64,000 nucleotides of DNA, from positions 64,001 through 128,000 of the IMG/VR virus record IMGVR_UViG_3300033153_013649. One strand, 5' to 3'. Below, piece by piece: positions 63,888 to 64,000 of the stretch; position 1 is the first letter of the stretch; each line of letters starts with the position of its first letter. The position numbers and the translations under genes were made by a program. The stretch is from a virus. The notes beneath the pieces were generated by a model. The model was not told where the DNA came from and did not search any database. It worked only from the letters and a program-made list of their open reading frames with translations.

Positions 63888-64000
63888 ATAGAACGTTCAA
63901 AATTAAAAGGGGAAGAAAATGAAAAGAGTAAAAATGAATATAGACAAAGATGATGTAATTATTAAAGATCCCCCTGTTGAGAACGAACCCGATCATGTCT

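Noticed and set aside
1-64000. Stop codon reassignment (as in some large phages)
   Set aside because: Conserved genes are full length in the standard code, and both TAG and TGA end genes at expected positions
1-64000. CRISPR array or rRNA genes
   Set aside because: No regularly spaced repeat-spacer units or rRNA signatures seen

Overview
A 64 kb segment of a large, AT-rich, T4-superfamily-like lytic phage genome. Essentially all genes are on the + strand and use the standard code. Replication and recombination genes include gp47, UvsX, a gp41 helicase fractured by a gp41-1-like split intein, and a family B DNA polymerase whose two halves lie about 46 kb apart in reversed order. Nucleotide metabolism genes include ThyX, dCMP deaminase, a gp56-like dCTPase, and a class II RNR (NrdJ) fractured by a split intein with an intervening endonuclease. 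A putative cytosine hypermodification cluster (11.4-17.5 kb) combines a kinase, an NTP pyrophosphatase, an asparagine-synthetase-like amide ligase, an amino-MTase, an atypical C5-MTase whose motif X reads GK instead of GN, and a dCMP-hydroxymethylase-like enzyme. A tRNA maturation and repair toolkit comprises an RNase P RNA homologue, a CCA-adding enzyme, two RNA ligases, about 13 tRNAs without encoded CCA, several aberrant tRNA-like RNAs and unexplained structured RNAs. Also present are an array of small proteins with a T4-like capsid-targeting N-terminus, five ParB/Srx-like paralogues, glycosyl/sulfo/methyltransferases, and a GC-richer beta-helix surface protein gene broken by a -1 frameshift. 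All calls come from motif reading by eye; no database searches were run.
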